DNA of 64,000 bases, taken from NCBI GenBank assembly GCA_951406725.2, contig OX597821.1, positions 106,888,001 to 106,952,000 of the forward strand, given 5' to 3'. Shown one piece after another: positions 56,919 through 64,000 of this stretch (position 1 is the first letter of the stretch; each line of letters begins with the position of its first letter). The translations under genes were made by a program, and so were the position numbers. Origin of the DNA: Octopus vulgaris. Its lineage: Eukaryota. The notes below the pieces were generated by a model, which was given only the letters and a program-made list of their open reading frames with translations, made no database searches and was not told the DNA's origin.

Positions 56919-57995
56919 GTTAATGTTGCTATCTTAAGCAGTGTTATCATTTATCGATCCTTTTACACTATCATTTAGTCATAAAGTCCTACCATGATTA
57001 CTTACATTATTGGTATTGTTACTCTTATTCCTAGTATTTGTATCCGAATGTATATTGTTGTTATAGATATCAATGATGTCTTCATTCCCTGTATTTTCTC
57101 TATTAGCATTACTCCTATTATTAACATTATTACTCCTATTAATATTAATATTATTATTAGTTTTTGATTCTACCTATGTTTTGATAGTTACTATTGTTGC
57201 GTATATTGCTTTTATTTTTGATAGTATTATTACAATTGTTATTGGTATTCATATTGGTATTATTTTTATCTTTCCTGGCTAGCTTAATGTTATTATTATT
57301 AATCTTAGCTATTAAAGTGGACATATTTGGGAGGGTTGAATAAGAAATCCTAACCGCTTTTTTAGAAATAATTCTATGATATCTATGAGAGGCTGGGAAA
57401 TTTATTTCCAGAATTACTCTGAATTTGCTTTGTATATCCGATAGAATCGCTCAGTTGAAAGGAATATTCAGCCAGATTATATCTTTCTTATTAAATTTCC
57501 TTGAATTAGAATTAGGGTTAGTTGAATTATTACTAATCTCACCAGAGTCATTGTATTTATTACTATTATTTGTATGCTTCTTTGATTTATCTAATTTGAT
57601 TTTATCCGAGTTACCTATGCTTTGGTCTATGTTTTTATTTGTATGACTAGGCTTGTACGCTAGATTTGCAGTTACCGTAAATATATTTCTAATTTATTTC
57701 GGGTGTGGTCTATATTGTTGTTTACGTGGTTACTGATATCTTCTTTATTAGGAATATATAAGCTCCCCTTATCAATAAAGGTAATCTTTTGGTTGTATCC
57801 TGCCTTAGATAACGCCGCATTATAATGCTCAGAATGAGAGTTAAATATATCATTTTTGGATGATAATTTCGAGATTCTTAAGGAAATATTTCCGACTAAA
57901 GATGTAATTATATTTGGGGGATGATTGGATAATTTATTTACGTATCTCGTGATACTTTATCTAAGGCAGGATACAACCAAATGATTACCTTTATC
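54982..57995 (-). mobile_element. 5'-truncated Penelope-like retroelement (RT thumb, linker, GIY-YIG endonuclease, 3' pLTR); unit 3 only
   Basis: Minus-strand peptides SNHPPNIITSLVGNISLRISKLSS...YNAALSKAGY (about 57790..57930) and IIWLNIPFN*...RISYSTLPNM (about 57320..57490), plus the GIY-YIG ORF; degenerate CTGATGA...GAAA motif at about 55125..55220; internal stops. Confidence 0.9.
56370..56843 (-). CDS. GIY-YIG endonuclease domain of the Penelope-like element (fragment)
   Basis: CNCR..CP..G.C, VIY..YLG, FRKRVSNH..SF, LSSKIWELK, CQLC..E motifs. Confidence 0.85.
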   Translation of the reverse strand: MRHLSINYPTSEDDPPTCNCRIRSKCPAPGLCGVSNVIYKCTITTENSKFLYLGCTINFRKRVSNHISSFKLRHKAGTTKLSSKIWELKNNNIKYNLDWEIVRRAMPYKNNRVGCQLCSMELYEILMHRKNRNLLNNHKELSPSCIHAKMKTLKYFK

Positions 57996-59088
57996 TCATA
58001 GAATATTTTCTTATCAAGCCATTTTATCACCTTTATTAATTTATATCTTTTTGTTAATGTATATATATATATATATATATATATAAATATATATTTTTTG
58101 GGAGAAACACCGGGATGTAGAAGGTTGGTCTGCGATATATTCAATAAATTTGTCTAACGAACATTTGAATTTTATGGGATCCGTTTCCGTTTTGACTATT
58201 TTGGTAAGGTATTAAAGGGAGCTGGACTGGTTGAGGAAAATTAATTGCTATGTGTACCGAGATATATTTTTGTGGTGGGCGGATAGCAGAGTGCGAAAGT
58301 CTTTGAGGAATTTTAAAATGTATATGACAGCAATTGATATTTCTGTTATTCTCATTCACTGGTTTCTCAACCCCTGTAATTATCTCTTTGTATTATTTGA
58401 TAGTTATACTCATATGTTATCACCTTTATTTATTTATATCTCATATACTCGTATTTTATACTTCTATTTATAATCATATATCTCATAAACTCATATTTTA
58501 TACTTCTATTAATATCATATATCTCATATACACATATTTTTTACTTCTAATAATTATTCGTGTATTGTATCATACTGTAAATATACTTCAGACTAATTTG
58601 TATATTTCTTTCCCACATATTCTGGCGCTATTTCGATATATTGATATATCTATATATGAGATAATGATATATTGATATGTTTATATGGAATTCTTCATTT
58701 CTCTTATCCCAACCCACTGTATATATTTCTACTAATCCACAATTTTAAACCTTTGTATATATTATACCAAATTTTACTTGCCTTAAAATATAAAACTATT
58801 TCATATTAGTTACTTAATTTCATGTAATTTGCTACCTTACCTCTCTTTGTTTGAAATCCATCGCAGCATACGATACCATATGGAATATGAACTGTATTTT
58901 TCTTCTTTTTAATTTGTTTATCAAAATCTTTATTTATTTATATTAATAACAAATTAAATTTTTTAATAATAAATACTGCATGTTGTCAAGTAAACCTTAA
59001 CTCAACCAAATTTAATGTTAAGTTTCAAATTTATATAGTTATATAAAAATTCTCTTATGGTATTATCCTCTCACCCGCCATAAATGAG

Positions 59089-59136
<48 letters not shown>

Positions 59137-59499
59137 GAAATAAATTCTGTCTGTCTGTGTGTGTGTCTTCTAGGATCTCGGGCATCCTCCATCCGATTGC
59201 ACTCAAATTTGATATTTAAATACCGACGGTATCAGGGCGTGTATAAATAATGAAGAAAATTACGATAATCGATACCAGGTAAGAATGCGATCGATAAAGT
59301 GAATAAAATCGTTCTTCTTTGGAATAGAAAAAACGTCTATCTTTATTTCGTCTTTTGCCGGTGTCTTAAATTTAGGTTAAATCAGTGTTTGTCTAAGGGG
59401 AGGCAATGGAATGGTCGCACAAGTTGCTTTGAGAAAATTTGGTTTAAATGTTTAATAACTCAGCACCGTCAATTGGACGGGGGACTTTTTGCTATTTTT

Positions 59500-59534
<35 letters not shown>

Positions 59535-61991
59535 GTAAATCATCCAGTATAATCCGCATTTCCTCAAAATTTAAAGGTCAAAATCCTTAGTGCGTACTAT
59601 ATACGACGTTAAAAATGAAAAATATTTTCTAAGCAATGTCCGAGGCTCTATTTGACGCCCGGCAATGATTATTCAGACGCATTTTGTGAAGTTGGACGCG
59701 AAAATACCTTACGCTAAGCCTGAAAGCAATGAATTCATAAAAGAATCATCAATAACTTGCAGTAAGCAACATTTACAACACGTTATTTCTTTATTTTCTG
59801 CAAAAAAAAGTACAAAGAAGTTACATGTTTGCATTAAGTTATATGTACAATAATAATAATAATAATAATAAAGGATGTTACCGTATACATTTTTACAAAC
59901 CAAGGACGTTAAATAGACCTCTTTGACTCAAGTTAGAGAAGGAGTGCGTATTATACAAAAAGTTTAGGTCTTTCAGAGGTACAGCTCCCTAAGAATCCCC
60001 TTCTTTTTATACTCAAGTGCGGACTATACTCGAGGATATACGGTATATATATATGATGCAGTTTGGAACTTCTTTAGGCTAAATTTATAAGAAACTTTCT
60101 CCTCTGCTTGGAATGTATTGAACTTACACGAAGATATTGTTTCAAGCCTAAGCTTCATTATAAATATCTCTATTTAGTTGTTGACTTCGCTGATGAATTT
60201 TACCTAAAATGAGTTGTCTCCTGCTATATTCCATGGTGAACATCTTTTCTAACTTATAGTGGAGTGTTTTGAATTCTTTTCATTTCTCTATGCTTTCATT
60301 TCATAGAATGTCCCTTGTCGTCGATGTATGTTTCCAGTTTTATAGTATATATTTGAAGAAAATATTTCTGAATATTCGTAGTCATATTTGTAATTCATAA
60401 TCTTTACTTACCCCATAAGTAACCTCTCAATAATTCAACTTTCCCTTTTTAAATATGATACTTGAAACTATTTTTGGGCATGGTTTCAACAGAAAAAAGT
60501 AATTCATATTTACAGCTGCATTTTCTTCAGTTGGTACGGCTTCCGCGATGAAATTACAACGTATCGCTATAGAAACAAATTCCATCACCAAGTATCAATC
60601 ATGCTTGTCTATCGATAGCCAAACCAACCACAATCTTTGTTTTAGTTGCCATAAGCATGCTGAAATCTTCGGTAAATTTGCCACATCTACTGGTAGTAGT
60701 AAATTGCTTGACATTACACAACCGCTGCGGCTACCGGCTGCCACACTTGTCACTGCAACTAGCGACGGCCACTCAGGCTGCTATTGTTGCGAAAACCACC
60801 ACGACCAGGTAACAAAGAAAAGTAAACAAAACAACGGCAGCATGTGAATTTCGTAAAAACAAAAAGTGAGCTTAAAGAACTAATATCATGGAATATTGAT
60901 GAAATACAATTTATTCATTTTTTGTTAAAATTTCATCATGACTAAATCGTCTTTCTACAGCAACCGAAACCGTTAGGATAACTTCTTACTTTTATAAAAG
61001 ACAGTACTCAGCCACTTGCACGTTAAATTCACGAGCAGGCTGTTTCGTTGATCGGTTCAACTGGAACCCTCGTCGTCGAAACCGATGGAGTGCCATGATT
61101 ATAGCAACATATAACAATAATATATAAGCAAAAGCTCCGCTCGAAACGTTGATTACTCCTTCTTTCTTTCCTTTCCTGAGCGTCCAAGAACACTATACTT
61201 GTTCCATGTCCTCGCGTTGTTGTGTTTTCTGTTTGTTCATGTTTGGATTAACCATATAATTAAGTATCTGGGTCTTACCTCTCAAGTTACCCATACATGC
61301 AATCATAGTTTGTTATCTGAGATTGAACTAACTGAGATAACCTATATCTACTAATTTCGTCCTTGTGGCATAAAATGACATCTGCATCACTTAGAAATAA
61401 AAGGAATCTTTGCCTTGAAATATTTGTTCTCACTTCGATGCACATACATATTGTAAAGTAAATTAAAACTGAACTCAGTAAGTGGTTTCATTATGATATT
61501 TTATTTCTAGAATATACGAAAGATTAAGTTTAGAAATGCAAGGTTGAGCATTTATAATGTATTTTCTGTAATATATTGGTGTTATTTATTTATGTAAATG
61601 AGGAAAAGTGACAAGTAGAACATGTGCAGATGTGGTCGCAGAAAATTACAATAGAGACTGAAAAATCATGGTGTGAATATATATAATTTAATACAATTTT
61701 AATTAAAAGATGGCGGACAGTTATAAATAATCCGGCTGAAAAATCAATGGCTGCCTGACTGATAATAAAGAGTTTAGTATCATCCCGAGGTTTCACCGGT
61801 AGAAGGCGTTCGAACTCGCTTCAGCATTACCCATCTTTACCTTTTAAGAAAAAATAATCTTGCTTGAGAAAGTGCAGATGTGCCCAGGTTCCAAAGGTAT
61901 TTAATGGTGAAATAGTGAGGTAGTGCTGCAAAAGGCTTCTTCGTACTGAATTCACTTACAATTGAAAATGCATAATAAAATGAGACATCGT

Positions 61992-62048
61992 TTATAATGG
62001 CTTTGTCTGAATTACCACAAGTATATAAGTAATGAAACTACCAATCAT
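61992..62048 (-). CDS. GRL constant terminal exon of a fourth locus whose upstream exons lie right of the window
   Basis: Same peptide MIGSFITYILVVIQTKPL* with two synonymous changes (GGA>GGT, TAC>TAT); acceptor intact. Confidence 0.8.
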   Translation of the reverse strand: MIGSFITYILVVIQTKPL

Positions 62049-63426
62049 CTGAAAAACAGAAAAGAGACGTTATATATATGCTATTTTCAGTGAATGAAGA
62101 GAATTATACGGATTGAAGGTCATTATGTACTACTTATACTAGAAGAATAAGCTGGTTGTTTCAGTTAAGCAACCGCAAGTTTTGGGCACTAAACATTTAG
62201 GTCATGATTTCAAGATCTTCTGATATATTCGTTACCGATTTTCATTAAGGCGCCCATAAAGTATTATGGTTGAGTCAGGTGTGCCACTGAACCTCGAATC
62301 GAAATGTTAAGCAGGCAGATTTTGCTCTGTGCATTATGACCGACAGAATGTCAAGACTGGTAACGTTTGAACTCAAAAGATAAACGGTTGTAGCAGTATA
62401 TTGCAAACGTTTTATAAAATCAGGAAGTATAAAACTCATTTCATTGCGAAGGTTTATTTTAAGAAGCTATATCTCGGCCCCAAAAAGTAACAAAGCATAT
62501 AACAAATACATTCTCCTTCGCAATATTTTCCTTTCGATTTATTTGAAATTCAATTCTTTAATTGTATTATATACTCTTTTTATTTTTATTATTCGCGTTT
62601 TATTTCTTATTTATCGCTGTGGTTGAAGTTGTATTCACGATCTTTCATGAGTCACTAATAAACCAAATACATTTTTATCTTAAAATAGCTAATGAAAATT
62701 TTGATGTATTTCAGCAAGGGTTTCAGTGGGATATCTTGAAAATTGCGTAGGCGGTGGCTTTCATAAGCTGGCCTAGCTGCAATGGGTCTTAAGGTTAAGT
62801 CATCTGGCGTTTGGATAGACGAGTATGACCCTGAGAAAAATATCCACTCTACATAAAGAGCAAATCCGTTTCCCGCAATACAGGAAAATTCCTCTCAGTG
62901 AACATATACAAAATTATGCAGATAACACCAAACCAAATTTCACAGACTTCCCTTTCTACAAGTGCAAAGACACAATCTCTCCACAAGAACGTTTAAATAA
63001 ACAAGCTTTTTTCATTGAAAAATACAGAACATTTCTTAATATGCACGTATAACCAACTTTTATCTTTTAAAATATTTCAATTCACAATTACATCACTGTA
63101 CATAAATCCCCTCACTAAACAAATTTTTCGAAACCCTTTCTTTTTGTCTGTACCCCTACCCTTACCGAAAGCCGAACAGTTATCTCCCTTACCAACAAAA
63201 ATAACAATAATAACGATAACAGAATACCTCCCCTTATTTTTTCTACTTGTGAAGTCATTCACTCGTAAATATCATTACACACAACACGGGCAAAATTTCG
63301 TCTTAAGAAAATAGATATTCAAATAAGTAAACCACAATATCATGAATAGAGAAAGCGAACTGTTGATATATTAAAAATTATATTAAAACTATGTAAAGTA
63401 TGTGTATTTTCCTTAGTTAATTTCTT

Positions 63427-63475
<49 letters not shown>

Positions 63476-63689
63476 TATATCTACTATGGCACTGTTGCAA
63501 TTATATCAGTTGCGTAGTTGTTTACTTGGTAATTTTAATAACGATAATAGGTTTGAACATTTTTGCAATCATAACAATCCGCTTTCCAGGTAATGTGCTA
63601 TTATTTTCTAGCTACGATTTGAGTGGATAAAATGTCTGTTTGGGGTGAACAGCGTAAATCACATCAAAACATCTCGAACATAATATATC

Positions 63690-63900
63690 ATTGTATGTAC
63701 TGTCTTTTATATTTCATTTGTTGCAATCAATACACTGGGGCCATGCTGGGCCACCGCCTTACAAATTTTAAGTCTACCTCACTACTTACTTCTTTATTTA
63801 CTTATACTACTGGCCGGAATTGCTGAACCGCTAAGTACGGATACGTTAACACAGAAACACCGATTGTCAAGCAATTGAGGGGTGGACACACACACACAAA
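63690..63900 (-). mobile_element. Degraded SINE segment absent from the equivalent sites near 18865 and 41945
   Basis: ggccatgctgggccaccgcctt and gctgaaccgctaagtacgg motifs; extra sequence relative to the other units. Confidence 0.5.
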
Positions 63901-64000
63901 CACTCTCACATATATACATATATATATGAATATACATACATATATATATATATATATATGAAAAGGATTCCTCTCAGGTTCTGTCTATCGAATTTACTCA

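Noticed and set aside
57451-57453. In-frame TGA in the Penelope linker as possible selenocysteine, as reported for some Naiad PLEs
   Set aside because: It aligns to a non-Cys (K/R-type) position after WxNxPF, the cysteines in the GIY-YIG domain are normal codons, and other stops occur; most likely CGA>TGA decay

Overview
Eukaryotic (animal) genomic DNA: AT-rich, dense in microsatellites and retroelements. The SINE families point to an octopus or other coleoid cephalopod (inference). The window is about three copies of a 21-23 kb tandem segmental duplication. Each unit carries a minus-strand gustatory-receptor-like (GRL / 7TM ion channel) locus that the ORF track only shows in pieces. There are TWO divergent 951-bp first exons (types A and B; 317 codons, TM1-TM6), each with its own TATAAAA box and a phase-0 GT donor after N-K-S. 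They lie upstream of ONE set of three short phase-0 exons (69, 90, 57 bp) encoding the anchor region and TM7 with the signature TYILVVIQ. This predicts about 388-aa receptors built from variable first exons plus constant exons, as in Drosophila Gr39a/Gr28b or clustered protocadherins. All three B exons and A1 are intact; A2 and A3 are frameshifted. The copies are mosaics, consistent with conversion or unequal crossover. The B intron holds a sense-strand Penelope-type hammerhead ribozyme motif. The rest is SINEs, Penelope/CR1/RTE/R4 fragments, MITEs, Helitron-like elements, foldbacks and microsatellites. All alignments and counts were done by eye.
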